DNA of 64,000 nt, taken from the NCBI GenBank assembly GCA_040954595.2, contig CM082583.2, positions 9,933,656-9,997,655 of the forward strand, given 5' to 3'. The notes under the pieces are model-generated. The model had not been told where the DNA came from and did not search any database. It saw nothing but the letters and a program-made list of their open reading frames with translations. This document shows positions 12,301 to 28,010 of the stretch, one piece after another. Position 1 is the stretch's first letter. Each line of letters opens with the position of its first letter. Both the position numbers and the translations under genes were made by a program. Source of the stretch: Balanoglossus misakiensis. Lineage: Eukaryota > Animalia > Hemichordata.

Positions 12301-15300
12301 GGGAGAATTTTTTTCTTCATGAAGAGCCGTGGGTTAGAATTCTCCCTGCTCCGTTGAATTTGCAAAACGACGGACACTAAAGAAGTGCCACATTCCCTTT
12401 TGATTTTACGTCTGTTTGCCACCAGGTACATAACCCGCGTGTCTGCCAGCGCCATCAAATTCTGATTAACGAAGTAAACCAGGGGGCATTTGCATTCGTT
12501 CGCAGTTCGGCTTGGCAGGACCCGGGTGATCGATGGCGCAAGCCGTGAATTGGATCAAAATTGAACAGCGTGATTCATTGCGGGCTATTCTTCCAATTAG
12601 ACACGGTTGGTTTTTTTGGCTATCCCGGCTTTGTAGTTGGTTGTCTTTTGTGAATCTCAAGAAGGTGCGTTGCGTATTTCCCTTTCAGAAAATAATGAAA
12701 AGACTGCGCATGTTTGCATCAATATAGAACTGTTCCTATGGCGATTTTAGTCATGCGCAGTAAAACAAGTCAAGCTTAGAATAGACGCATTTGTGCCGTT
12801 TACCGCGATGGGCCATGTTGTGCTATCCTGTATAAACTCCCTAGGCCCGCGAGATCTCGCAGGATCTCGTGGAGTTCGCAAAATAGTCCATAAATTCCGA
12901 CATTCGTTTTCCTTTGGTATCAATTGTAATTTCTGTACTTTTCAAGATGAATTGAGCAACATGCCCTACATGTATATCAGCCCCATGGAAACATCTTGTC
13001 TCGTCGTCATGTGTATTCTCCGAATGATCCCGAATAAAATGATCATCGACTTATAGAAAGAACCACTAATCCCTGTGGTATGAATTTCTCAAAATTACAT
13101 TTATCTTTGTCAGAAAAGGAGTTCTACATTCCCGAACTGATTACATTCCACACAAAGACGGCGGGGAATGAATGGATCGCGTTGTTTCCTCGATGAAATG
13201 ATTTTAAATTGAATCCCTCTATCATCTACTGGTAATGATAATGATGTTCGTTATCTTTCCTACAATTAATCTAAAATATATTGTTGATATGAATCTATTT
13301 CACATGACAGATCTTTATCTTAAAAGATATCATCCCCATTATAGTTATTTGACGTCACAGCTTAATCGCCACTGACAGAATGTATACGTACAATCCCTGC
13401 CGCAAAACCCGTATTATTTGAGCAGGTGCGACAGTTATTCTTGGCTGTTGGTTAATAATCTGGCTTGAAATGTAACATAGACCCGATGACAGCGTCAGCG
13501 ATGAATTTAAAGTAGAGAGTGAACTGGATTCGAAATTGGCTGTCGTGTAAAAATTGGGATGAGATGATACAGTTTCACAGATAAGTGTACCGTGTGCAAA
13601 AATACGGGATTTATCTCCATTATTCCCATAAATGCAAAAATTGAAAACTCCCAGCCAATGAGAAACATTATCTTCATACATTATCTATGCATTAGCTCTT
13701 TAGTATAAAAATATTTAACCAGGAAATTTGCGATTAGAATATGCTGTCATGATCCTCAAAAGCTACTACCTTAATGGACAGACCATAGAATTTTTTATCA
13801 AAATGACTGCGTGTTCGCTGTGACATGTGTTATGTACAACAACAATACATCGCCGGAGAGACACAATTAGAGAAATTAATAAGCAGAATATTCATTTTAT
13901 TCAAGGAAGATTTAATTAATATATTGTATGACATATATAAGGTTGGATTTTGACAGAATAGCCGAAAAGGGATGTCATGATTTCCGTTATGAATGCTTCA
14001 GGTTACGAATAAGATTGCGGCATCCTGCTTCAAATGCATTTAATTTACGGCTGAATATAAAGCTTCTCACGCAGAGAAGGCCGTCTTTTGTGTTTTCTGA
14101 GTCATACAGATTACCCTAGAGTCGGAGCATTGTTGTTTTTGAGTTGTATTTGGCATGAACAGTCTCATTTGAAATTGCTTTATTTTGAGTGTGATAATCC
14201 CCGGCCATTTGTTGTGCGGGCCAGTTGAGAAAACCTTTCTATAACCCTTAAGAACCTGTTCCTCGCTTTGGCTAATTCATACGGATATCTGACGTGGCCA
14301 CATCCGGGTAACGGTGTCCAGTGGAAAGGGTTGTTGCTATCACACCGTTCGGTGGTATTTGCAGTGACGTAACGCAGACAAGAACCGCGAAGGCCTTTGT
14401 TGACGATATTGTGTCCAGATGTGCCAAGGGTGTCCAGATGAGCCTAACAAAGAAACGAAAATCGATGAGAGAATGCCAATCAATGTGCCAAGTGTGAAAT
14501 TAAAATTGACATGACCTCGGGCGTCTCTCGCTTGATTGATGAGTGTTCCCGGTCTTCGGAGTCACCCATTCCCGTTGCCTTCCCTCTTGTTTTATTACCG
14601 TGAAATGAACGAGGAAATTGAATTTACCGATCACACGGAGCCCTGCATCGCTTTGACAAACAACGATGTGAAGTGGGCGACGTGAAGGCAGCAATTATCA
14701 GCAATGGTGGAAATTTCACCGGTCCATGTCGGACAATTGATTAACGAACACGCTAGGTATACCAGGGCACTGCTAATCGACTGTGTTTATGTTGGGCAGA
14801 TGTCAGTGTTTCTCCTTATACTAAGATGCCATGCCTGACGATAGCGTGACGCCGAACACTAGAAACTATTCTAATATCACATGATGAACAGTTGTCAACG
14901 ACTTTCGTTTTCAATTACGCGACATTTCTGGGTGGATTGCTGTTGACCTGTTACTATGGCAGTGCACCTCACGACGAGGTCGGCATCGCGAAGTTACTGT
15001 TTCTCTGTCGGACATCGGCATCGACTGCATATTTCCTGACGAGAAACGAGATAGATTGATTAATGTGAAAATAACTCATCTGCACAGATAAACAGTAATT
15101 CTACACGTCGTATACACCAGCTATTAAAGTTGGCATTCGGAAAACAAGCGATTTTGCGATCGTGGGTGCAGGAAATTTAGCTTAATCTTCATATAGACCC
15201 AGTTCAAAGTGTGAATTTGTACATGTATAATGTAAAGTTGACAAGCGAATACTCAGTGTATGAAAAATGCGATATTAACATGTTCTATGTTATTTAGTAT

Positions 15301-18300
15301 CACGTGAGCAATCTCACGCTACACGTACTATGCGCGTTCACGTATTCATCCAAACCGTCAAGTGTATTCCCGGCTATGAATGAACCAGCGAGGACTGATC
15401 GAAGAACGTCGTAACAGTTAGATCAACGGCATACATTTCCATAATGTCTTCCTTGGAATTTTTCAAATTTTAGCCTAGGCTTCGGGAGGAGAAGGCTGTG
15501 GATATACTCGGGAAAAGGGTTTAATCCACTCACCGATTTCCAAGTCGAGTGCATTCAAGCTGCGTGCTTCGTAATCACAAAGCAATTACGTACACATAGG
15601 ACTTTACTGTAAATGGAATAAAGTTCCTTCTATTAGCAGTAAAAGCGTACATCAGAATATACGATCGATGCTTTTTCGATCCCTGCAAATTCAGCAAAGC
15701 TATTTGGCACGACGGAGTAAGGTCAGAGCGGGTGAACTCTGCTTCTTGTATAGACATCGTAAAGCAGACTAAAATTATAGTCTTCTGTGTTTCAATTTAA
15801 GTAGACGTTTGTCAGTTAATCTGAAGAACACTATTTCGTTCACACAACTTTACATGATGTATTTACCTACCTCGGAGCCTGATACCTAGCATTTCTGATG
15901 AGGTTTCTTCATTTATTCCCCGTTTTAAAATGATTTATTTAACCAAGCAAACTTTCTCGGTCACTGCAACCAAATTTCCGCTGACCTGGTAGATAGGCAG
16001 ATCGATAGGAGGAGAAGGCTATAGGGAATGGGTAAAAAATAAATTGTTAGAAAACAATTACTGTCTAAACCATGTAAAACATTCACTAGGTGACAGTTAC
16101 CTAAACCCATCACGTGACGGAAATTACGTCAGTGAAGGATTAAACCCGTCTAAAAATCGCCGATACGGACATTCCCCAGTCCTGTATCTGCTGATTAAAT
16201 CTGGGTGACTTAAAACAGCAACCGACACAATTCATTCTTGTCACGGTCTTTTGGAGAATACATGTTGACACAATTTCCGTCGTTAAAGCTCTGAGCTGAT
16301 GAAAACACATAGATTTCTCATTACTCCTCACATCTCGATGGACTCATTTCCCATTGCGCATCGACAGCGAGTTCCGGGGACCATTTGCACCTATTTATCT
16401 CCGTCGCAACAAGAATAAAAGGAAAGCCTATGCCATTAATAGGGGGGTTCGTGAATATGTTATCAACACGCTTATTATTCTCTTTGTACCACAACTTCCT
16501 ATATCGTCCGAAACAGTATTCTACCGAAAACATATAAAATTGAATTTTGACTTAAGTCAGTATTCGGTGATTGACAATATGCAATGAAATTGCTTTTTGC
16601 AAGAACAAAACATCTACGGTTACCTAGACGAATATGCACATGAAGAATGTGTCCATTATCGTCATAAATTACACTGCAGATACTTTTTCCACAGTTTCGA
16701 CAATAAATAGCTTCGTCATTTTAAAGACTTACACGGTGCTCAATTTGAAGAGAATTCATAAACACCGACCAGATTTAACTGACTGACTCCTTCACAAAAT
16801 CAAATAATAATTCACCCACACTCTACGTCACTTTGTGTCATAACTAGTGTGATTCATAACTAAATAGTATAGACAATTTTCCCATGAGTAGGAGAGAATA
16901 TCGTCGAGTTAGATTTGCGCGTAATGTGAATCAAACTGTCGAGTATAGTCATGGAATGCCCAGTGGCATATTTTTTGAACTGTGTGCTACATTTATTTAG
17001 TAACTGATACACGACGTCGATTGTCTAATTACCATACTGAAATTGTTCTGGCATTCAAATGAGGCATTTTCAGATGCCCGTATTTTATTCTCCAGGGAGA
17101 AGGCATTGGAAATATCAGGTCTTGGAGTGTGAATGTGAATACGACTTGTGAATATGTTACGGGGGACAGAAAAAACGAGTCTCACATCCTTTTGTGAAAC
17201 AGATCACAATCGCTTTTTGCAAATTTCGATGCGCTCCGCAGACTTGCATAAAAATAGCCTGCGTCATCAATGATGCTATGCTCCTAGGTAACGAGTGCCT
17301 TGAACGATCGATCCTCTCCGCTCGATTTAACTTGCACACGACAGTAAAAATTGCGATGCCGACGACGCATACTCTCCCAGTCAGATTCCCTCCGATGTCA
17401 TGCGTGGACACGCGTCGTAACTCCCGTGACGCCAGTATCGACTGTATAATTGATGCCGCCAAAATAAAACAGTCACCTTTTCGCGAGAAGTAGGTCTCGT
17501 TATATCACGGCAAGTACACACAACAGAACTCGACCAGCTCTTCTCTATATGCTCGAGACCGACTTGATCGACAGTCTCCATGCATAATTCAACAGAATCT
17601 AGAATTTGTAAATTTCCATCGAAATCGTGGAGTTTTATGGTATAAACCAAACAGCCACATAACGGATATGAAAGTTACGGCGTCTTTTATTGGATCCTCG
17701 GTCAGATAAACCCCACTGTGTCGTTATATTTTTCGGCGCGCGAAAATGAAGCAAGTATACAGGTCACTATGATGCCATAAAATCACCTGCAAAGCGTTTG
17801 TCCTTTGTATCTGCAGACCTCATTACGAGGAAATCGTCACTCCATACATTTTCAGTTTTCCGTTCCTTTTGTCACATCGCCAAAACCTCGAGGGCGTGCT
17901 TCACTCAGTCTGACAATACTGCGTTACAACGACACTGAAATGGTTTGTACTTCTTCAACTTAGTCTGAAAACAGAAAGCACTTTTAAAGTTCACATCATT
18001 ACACGTCACTGAGGACAGATCGACAGGAAACCATTTGCCTTCCCGTGATGCATCTGTGAAGCTGGGGTTTCCGTTTTCCAGATCAAATAGAACCTTGCAA
18101 TTTTGAGCCAACTGGAAATTTGACGACCCCTTCCTTCTTTCTTGTTCTTTTGAGAAACATATCCGGGTACATGTCAAGGTGTTCAGTGAATCTTGACATA
18201 AAGTAGATATTATTCTCTCCGGCGCCGGCGAAGGATGAATGCAAACGCAGCGACCCTGTGTCGTTAATTTGTCGTCTGTCCTGGGGTACATGGTTCGAAA

Positions 18301-19379
18301 ACAAGGTATCGTATTAGCCATATCGTGTTTCTCAGATGGTGGTTATGCCCCGACGAGTATGCGTCTTACCAGTTGGGTATTGCAGCGCTGGGGGTAATGG
18401 TTAGTCCATAAGGAAGAATATCATAATCAGTACCCTTTAAAAGTAGGCCAATTAGAGCACGGGGAATCACAGGGAATCAGAGCACAGTTGCATTGTACAT
18501 GATCAAGTACAAGAGAAGCCCGTGCATAGGATTTCGCAAACATGTTCCACTTGGCGCCAACGTGGCGGATTGTGACTGTTATTCTTTCTGTTTCACGGAA
18601 ATGGTTTCACTAATGATCGCCGCTCAGAACGCGCCTTCCTCGAAACCCCTGTACAAATTACCAGGTATACTTGAGCCAATAGGAAAGGGTGATCGAGCAA
18701 CCGGTTTCCTTTAATAAAAAAACTCCGTTTACCTAAATAGGATTTCACTAATCGACCGAGAAAAAAACGAAATGTCACCAGAATTTAATCTTCCGGATCT
18801 GCATAATTAATTACCCCAACATTGCACGGCCATAACCTACAAGATATAGATTCGTTAAGAGAGATATGCATATCACCCTGTACATCGTTTTGAAATAACT
18901 TTTACGTGATATCACATATATTTCTTCGCACAAAACGTTACGCTGATAATAATATGTATATAAAAGCCTAATCTGTAAAAAAATACTCGTCATGCTAATC
19001 CCTCCCTGGACGTCAAAATGTCACCAGCTATCCAATGACGCAGTTATCTGGTTTTCAATGTCGTAAAATATTGAAAATCACTGCTTTCTCCCCATTTCTC
19101 ACGTCACCGTCCCGTCTATTGACTGCTGTGTCTTATAATCCTGGATTAAGTGTTTGCAATCCTCCGGCACACCCCTGGCGTTGATACGTAAATGCTGGAA
19201 AAGGTTTGTGCCAACAAATCAAGTTGCCTCAGTAATGATTACGAGATAATGATCTTTTATTTGTTAGTCCAGTGATTTTATTGGTATGGTTGGTTAGATT
19301 TTTGTCTCACAAAAAATGAGTGCGGTCTTTTCCAGCGAAAGCTGAGCTAGGCAGTTTTAATTTGCTCAACTGCGGTATA

Positions 19380-19740
19380 CCCAGCAGCGATAACGCGTGG
19401 TGGTTGAACAATTAGCCTACACAAGCATCAAAGGTCTCCGTTCAAATCTTCCCTGGATTCGACTTGTCTGAAAATTACACCAGCAACTAATCTCTAGCCA
19501 CATGACATTGGAGAAGCATTGTCTTCTTATCGATGGTACGGATATTGTCTTGATTCGCACAGATACTTTTGCGCCGTTTCTTTGATGTTTTGTGTGAAGT
19601 TGTATTACAGTGTCTCATGAGTCAGACATAGTATTATACGGTGCAACGTTGATTACATACAAATCTTGTCTTGTCCAATGGAGCTGGACGGTCTGTAGAA
19701 ACATCCCCCACAACGGCCATTGGATATGTAAAACTTGCAG
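19380..19740 (+). mobile_element. Possible degraded tRNA-derived SINE
   Basis: B-box-like GTTCAAATC (~19440) downstream of an A-box-like segment. Boundaries uncertain. Confidence 0.25.
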
Positions 19741-22700
19741 CTTCGATAATGGCATATCGTTCTACTAATTCCAGATACATAGGCAATCTAGCAGATTTGT
19801 TCCCATTGATCTAAGGCTTCCATTGCTCGTAAAGTTTTCGATTGGAAAACACAGATAAGTCGTGAGCGAAGACGGGATTTTGCAGATAGACGGCAACGTC
19901 ATTAGGGGCGGCTCACTCAGCAAACTGTTCAAGAATGCATGTGATTTTTGGTCAGGCTATGACATGATACCGCCGGCTAAATCATGAAGTTTGCACTGTC
20001 AGTTTCCATTAATTTTCATGATTCGATACCTGGTATTGGTGTCTATCTGAGTATGTTGGTTAGACCGTTGGGGAAAGGGGGCGCTTGTTGAAACCTTACC
20101 TCAAAGCAGTTCACGGTTGCAGCAACTCGGTATGCTGAGCCGTTGTCACTGGAAACATTAAACAGTAACAGCGATGCCACTTCCGTTTCGGTCTCCATGG
20201 AGACGAGAACGCCTGTCCTGATGGGACTTATTCACGGGCTCAGTGGGATGCTTCCCGCTTTACTGCGTATTATGCCGTAAAGAGTTAACATTGAGTGAAT
20301 ATGAGCCTTTTTCAAAATGTCAAAGTACTTCAGCTACAAAAGTCTGGTGGAATAGATACTTTACATCGCCGTGCCGTATCAATGCGACACAAAGACACAA
20401 TTTTTCCTGGAAATCTTTTTTTTTCCAGACTGCATATGATAGGTAAGATGGCCACTTTCTGACGCAAAGTAGCTGGCGTCGCTATCGAAATGTGATGGGT
20501 GTAAAATGCGGGTCGATCAACATAATACATACTAATACTACACCGTGTTGTTTGGTTGGGAGGGCTTTCCCTCGAATCTAGCTCGCGGAACCGTCATACG
20601 ATTTGCGACTAACGGCTACCATTTCAGCTATCTCGTCACAACACGAGAAGTCCTATTTAATAACGCAACGATGAATGATTTCTCTGATTGTTGGCCATGT
20701 TGTAGATAATTAACACTCTATTGAGCCACGTTCTTTCTTTATTTCGCCGAAAAGCTTCAATTGAAACACATTTACGATCGATTTGATTTTCAATTTCCAT
20801 CCTGTACACAGGCAGAATTGGAATCCATTATGCTCCATGGCGACCACTGGCCTACATCATCGAAATTACATTCTCAACCGTATAGCGGCAATTATAATTG
20901 TTTTTGCGATGATGCGCCATAACAAGGTATATATTCCAGTCACAGAGTCATGCTAGCTGATGTGAAAAAATTAATTTTCTGCGAAGATCATTAGATTTGA
21001 TGCAATATCGTCATTTTGTCGGCATCACTGGCAGGGTTGACGATGTAAACATATACTTGGCGACGGCAACCAATGGGAAATTCTTGTACAGTGTCAACGG
21101 CTAACGTCGGTTTCTTTCATCTCCCAGAAAGCACGATCTCTATTCGTTTCCCGGAGTATTTTCTTGATTACATTATTGCGGACGACATATTTGCAAAGTT
21201 TTCTCATTTACAATCCATGCGAGGCAGTCGTTGTGCACAAACAGAACCGCGAAACTTTACGCGAGATGGTAACAGTCTAGTGATCGATCTTGCTGATGTC
21301 ATCTTAGATCAGTAGTCAAGGAAACGCGATTCTTGTGTACCAGCTTAAGAGCTCTGCCAAGAACGTGACTCAAGCGTACATGTACAACTTTGTCGGATAA
21401 ACAAATCGTCAAATAAATACAAAAAAATATCTGTCAAGTTTGAATTCGTCCCCCGCGATGACAAACGTGGCGGGTTTGAGATAGTGTTGGATCGTGCTGT
21501 AACTGCGGCACAGATGCACAAAGAAAATTTCAAGTGGTTCGCTGAGTGTTCTACCTTTTTAACAATTTAAACACGCCGTGCACGGAATGTCTCGCACATT
21601 TCCGTTCTGTTCGTTCCGTGTTGTGGATCCGTCTATTCAGGCAGCGTTGAATTCTTTGCTCTGCACATCCATTCCGTGACTGGAGTACTTGTAATTGCAT
21701 CAGAAGTAAACTTCTCATGTACCCTTCTAATACACTTCTTTTAATCTCATTTCCTCGGTTTCCAGAGGGGAATTGGTTGCTTGTGTGTGCGCAGGCGCAT
21801 TTCCTCACCCTCCCCACTAACAGCACCGCGCGTGTTGTTCGTTGTATTTCCCAGCAGTCATTTCATACTGTACCTGCGATGTATATTTGATTGAATTAAT
21901 TGTTAATTCTTGTACTTTTAAATCCCATTCCGAGATTTCTTTGCTCATCTTAATATTTCATGGTGTGAGATGATCTCTCCGCTAAAAGCTGAATTTTAAA
22001 TATCTCTGAAGGGATGCGCGTTCGCCTCATTTGTTCTACGCCATGTTTCTAGGGTTACGGCGGCGTTTTATGATAGTATTGAACAGGCTTTGATTTTTAC
22101 ATATTTCAACCAGCGCACCAATTCGCGCAGAAAGGAAGTCACGTGACGCAAAACCCCTTGAGCAACCAAAAATGTAACTTTCATGTCGTTTAACACCATG
22201 GGCCATGTGCATCATCACCACCACCACCAGCACATTTTTTCATGAGATAAATATTCATTTATGGCTCTGTTATATATATTGGCATAAACAGACATCAAAA
22301 TCAAAAACATCAGTGGCAATTTTTACACATAACTGCACTAATAGCGTTTACAAATTTTATCGATTTGAGAAGAAATTTAACGCCTAATAACGATGGAACT
22401 GGCCCCTTCGTCATTTAAGTTGCCATGGAAACACGAATGCCTTCACAGACATGGTAATAACGGTAGGGGTCGTTGCAGCGCATGATCATATTCAATCAGA
22501 CGGAATCCAATTTCCTCAAATCCCCTAAAACCTCTATTTTCGGGGGAGATTTCGACGCTCAAGTCTGGGAACATACAATAATTGCATCAGCGGTCGTTTG
22601 TGTCGAGCTAACCAATTGGCTTAGCTGTGTCGTCAGTCTGACGTATTTCCAAACGATAGAGCCACGGCTCAATCGCATCCCCGCGTCTTTGCCATGGCAA

Positions 22701-25700
22701 CATGTAACAGGTTCCCGCGTCACCAGCCGAGTTCCATCATGCACAATGATGACATCTATTCAAAACGATTCTCCTTCTCGAGCCAAAACGGAAACATTTC
22801 GAAGATAGCATCATCGGATTTGTTCCAAATAAAATGCCATATACGGGTAGCTAATATAATATTGATATGATATTGTCAAATTAGATATATTTGATACGGA
22901 CGTTGTACATGAATAGCACCTAGGGTCATTGATGTTCGTGTAAAAACATAAATTTCATTTTGCCGAAAATGATAACTTTGATGAAGAATCAAAGCGGAGA
23001 CGCTGATGAGGCCTCGGCTTATTCAATGCCATTCATAACAATACTATTGTAGTATTCTATCCATTCACTGATGCAGTCGAAATATCTGTCGTTTGACCAA
23101 GAAAAATCTACACACAGCTCTCTTTGACTGGTTTTCGCTGTTTGTCTTTATCGAGACCTCGACTGTTTAAACCAATTAGGTGATTTATGTTCACGGTTAC
23201 TGAAGAATGACTCCGTGCATACATTTAGATGGCATCGGCCTCATAACAATTTATCGGCAAAAAATCTAGTTTTTTAGAAGATATACCATGCGCTACTTAG
23301 ACCTGAGCGAATTTCACTTAACATTCAACACGCACCCGCGGTGCTATAATATCACAACAAATCAGGCAATCGTTCGTTTACGATACGCAATAAAGTTGCC
23401 GATTCTAAGCGACAAAAATACAATCAAGGGAGAATGAGAGCGCCATATTGAAACACCAAAGCGTGTGTAATGATAGCATGACACGGGTAGGAATATCTTA
23501 TGAACATGCCACGCCTGAGTCTCATTAGCCTATGTGATTCAGTGCGTGAAACCACTGCATCATGACAATAATTTCAGGATTATAAGAATACTGTTCAGTT
23601 CCACCTGCGTGGTTCACAAGGTAAAAACAATAATCGTTAATGTTTGAAAATCATAATGTGAATTTACTCGTTTTAAAACTTTTGACCAACACTTTGGAAC
23701 AGAAAGACAGTACATGATTGTCAAAATATGCATCATTACTAGCATTTTTTGAAGTTCCATATCTACACCACTGCCAGGCCAGACCATCGAAGGCCACTAC
23801 GCGTGCTTTGTTGAGTTCTGATAAACACCTCTTCAACAATAAACTCTAAGATCGCACTTTTCCCAGGTGTGTATATTTAACACTCCACATAAATATCAAA
23901 GGTAAAAGTAGAATCGGACTCTCCAGAAAACATCACGCTTGTTTTCACGGTTACCGCTGCGTTTGCGCAAATTGCAACCGTCAATTGTCCTACCAGGTGG
24001 GCTTATGTGTTTGTAGTCAAACACCTTGGACGTGCCCACCCTCAAGATATAAGCTGCCGTTGCACGTGTGCGGGTTTCGAAAAAACACACACCAAAGCAT
24101 TCAGAATGCACGAACATGCCTCCAGGCGAACTGCCATGTCGTCTAAATGGACGGAAGGAGTCAACTGATGACGTATTTCCTAAAGCGTGCTGTCGGCAGC
24201 AAAAACTTGCCGCGTTGGTCTCAACCCTTTGATATCGACGAAAACTTTACGAAGCAGCGATGCGTGTTATTATTCAGCTATCGTCCTTGACTGTTGTCAT
24301 GCCAACTTCTACTCTTTAAACTCAATGGACGAATCGCTTGTGTTGTTTTAAAGCCCGGTTGCTTTCGCGTACAGTACAAACCCTCAACAATTTGTTTCGG
24401 CTAATATTTGGCTCTGATCTTTTGCCATTCCCTCTATAGACACCAACTTTCTTCGTCAGATACGATTCTCTGTATAAGACTATGCGTACTCACGGTACTC
24501 TAACAAAAGAATGGCCCAACACTTCTCCATGTTTCGCCCGCCATATATCAATTTAATGTCATAATTTAAAAACGGTTACACGGCTAAACATCATTTGTCT
24601 AACTGATATACCATATTTATTCACCATCCCATTATACCAGCCATAAAGATTCTTGAATGTAGACACAACCCGTTCTTTGACTTATAAGTGTGTTATTAAC
24701 GTGTACGCTAATGAGGCTCTCTCTCAACCGCTCAATGGAAAGTGCTCAATAACAACGCCCAACTACTTGTGAATAATTCAAAAGGCAAGGTAGTCATTTT
24801 TTCGAACCGGTCCACTTCCAAGTAATTGCTTGCTTTGTTGATTAGTGGATTTATCGCGGCAAATCTCTTTGAATAATTACGAGTGGGAGTGGGCTCTTCT
24901 TGGGTGAAAGTATCCCACGCGGAAGGATATGTGGGTATTATTTAATGTCAGATGATTATGGTTTTTAATGTAAAAAGATTATATTGCACTTTCATCTTTA
25001 AATGCCAAGCTCAAAGTCAATCTCTACTCTGTAATCGCAAGTTAATGAGGCCAGCGTGATCGGTAGCCTATACCAGGTGTGTGTGACCGTGACCAGATTC
25101 ATCATTGAAGGAGGTGCTGATTTTGCATGATGGGTTTCGCGGGTATGATTTTGGGGGAGGGGGAGGGGCGCCTTTAGAGATATCGGTGGAGGGGAGGGGA
25201 GGGGAGGGGAAAAGGCATGCAAAAACGGCGAGTGAGTAAACAATGGCGCCAATTGGTGACCCCCGATTTAAACACACTACTACCTGCCTACACATGCGTA
25301 TAATGTGCCCTCTTGATCGACCCTGACTCAGTGGAATGGAATAAAGAACGTAGTAACCCTAGAACTCACTCTGCTCTGCACAGAGTAAACTACCTGTGAA
25401 ATGAAATGAGACGAAATGAAATGGAATATGTCGGTGAAGTATTCCTAACAGGGAAAAACGGTAAGGTTTTTAATTCATCACCAGCGCGGATTTTCATGAC
25501 AAAAATAGTCGTTTCTGTAGTGTCAAAATTGTGATACCTAGCAGAAGTTTTAGTTTTAGCAACTAAAGCGGAAAATTCACGTTTCACCCGGCAGGTTATT
25601 GGATAAATTATGCAAATTACCAGAGAATTTCAAAGTCTGTGTAAGCTTAATTTGCGTCACTGATTTGCTTTGCCTTTGGGACGAACACGAGCACGTGTGT

Positions 25701-27917
25701 TTTCCCCCTTATCGTCAAATCGAGTAACTCCCTGGCTACCAATTCGTACATCAAAATATATCACGTTTTATGCATTATTTTAACCCTTAAAATTCGAGGT
25801 GACATCTTGCCGGCGCAGCGGCGACACAATTCTCGGGTATGTCGTCCAATGGCCCATGGGCACTGACGCGATATGGTTTTTTGAATTATGAATAATGTTC
25901 GGCCACTGCGGTGTGCTGTCGTGATGGCGGATTAAAGGCATAAATCTAAACTCCGAGCGCACATTATTATTAACCCCGGGGAGCGCATTACTGTTGTTAT
26001 TGCTATCATTTGGCAAAAAAACAGCAAGATTAAAGTTTCTATCGCGAGCCTTGATTTATATCAGCTGCATTCAAACACACAACTGCTGGTACGAGTAATT
26101 CTGCCTTGCATATACAATGTATTCATATTGGCCATGGAAACTCGTATTTAAAGGGACAGAGTCGCTTACGTGTGGCATTATTTAGTTATCTTAGTTTCCG
26201 AGTGAATTATTTATGTGGTTCAGCTCACTGTAATATGCTCCAAGTCAATGACCGGTTCGGTCACAATTCATGTCACACCATGTATATAGATATAACACAT
26301 GAACAATTCCGACATTATTTTTTGTTCAGTACCAAAAATGTTTTGCAGTCATATTCCGATGTCATAATGTGTGGATTTGAGTTGAAACAACTAGTCACTG
26401 GGGGAAAAACATAAATGAACAATAAAGAGAAAGAGAAACACAGAAATAAGTTTAAAACCAAAATAATGTCAAAAGACCTGATTATTTCACATTTTGCGGC
26501 ATTTCCTTTGAAGCTTATAATTCGTCACATTTCTACGGCCTACATTTTATCCTACAGCTGAGTGAAAATTATAGAGAAGCATTGTCATCTCGCGAGAAAG
26601 ACCGGCCTACATATCAAGAAAATTAAACCGATCAATCCGTCTGTTTTCCATTATTGAAAATAAAACGCAGTTAAAATATGCCGCTGGGTTAATCTGTTGT
26701 AATTTATTAAATATCTCGATGATATGTGACGCCAAAACACAAATGGGGGACTTTTCTATTAATTCATAATCCTATATACAGCGCTGAACAGGATCTCCCA
26801 TATTTAAAATACAGACCTCATATCAATCGTTTTTACGCCAATTATCACGAGCGACCGTGAGGTATGACAGGTAATTTACTGAGCGTATTTTAATAATTTA
26901 GACCGATATTCTGAAGAACTTATTTGTATAATTATTTCCTGCACGGGAACTTTTGATCTTCGCCGCCGCAGTAAGTTAAATTTTTCCTTTGAAAAAATAA
27001 TCTGGATGTAAAGACGTCTCAAGAGTCTGAGGTTTCATTCCAACCTGGCAATTAGATTTGGTATGGGATTATACAGGGGTTGTTTTCATGTATAAATTAA
27101 AATGTTATTAAACGGCTTCTGTGCATAACACAGTGCGCTTGGTATTTGGTTGCCGTAATACTGAACACCAGGTGGCACGTGCAACACAATGCCAAGTTAG
27201 GTTCCAGGTGTTGTTTGGACACGTGACTGTGCAGGAAATTCAATTGGACTCCTCATTTTCGTTCCCATTAGCCACAGCTTGTATCAGAGAATGCTGGATA
27301 TTTCGTGAATTCTCAGCACCCTGTTTTTCATAAAACGCCAGATGCAATTTCCTGACAAAACAGAACCAGCAGCTTAATAGAATTACTCCCGAACCGCTCA
27401 GAGACCAAATCCCAGTCCAATTTCCTGTCTTCTTGCTGGGTGACCGAATGCACATCCATGTTCAGAGAACATGATTACTTGACAAGTTTGGACATTTTTT
27501 TGCTATAAGTGACGTGTTAAACATCTGAAGCAGAATTTCCGTTTTTGTATTAAGCTGTGGACCGAAGCTAAGCTGCAGCCACCACTGAAAAATGTCAACC
27601 TGTGAAAAAGATCATAGGCATCATACATCAAACCTCTATCCATATTCAAATATATATTTACATGGCCAGGTGTAAAGACACACACAAAACAGTACACCAC
27701 ATCACATACGATACAACCAACAACTCACATAGAAATCCACGAAAGAAAGCTATATGGACTTCTGGCAAAATGATCACGAAGTGCTAGAATGTAGTCAGGG
27801 ATTCTCTTGACATTTTAAAGCATTATTTTCATGATTCATTCCTTGGCTATGACACTGATTTCACAGGACAACACACATTGTAGACCTAATCAGACTTAGT
27901 ATTTGAATATAAACTTC

Positions 27918-28010
27918 CTATGCTGATTGGTTGGGTCCAGATTTGTCAACAGCTGACCAATCACACTCTTTGTTTTGTTTCCAGTTATCAGTACCATCTG
28001 CATATATTTC
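27918..28010 (-). CDS. MOCS2: Molybdopterin synthase catalytic subunit MOCS2B, last exon
   Basis: TTTCAG acceptor. EIYADGTDNWKQNKECDWSAVDKSGPNQSA* completes the PIWKKE...WK.N.EC MoaE motif. Confidence 0.92.
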   Translation of the reverse strand, partial: EIYADGTDNWKQNKECDWSAVDKSGPNQSA

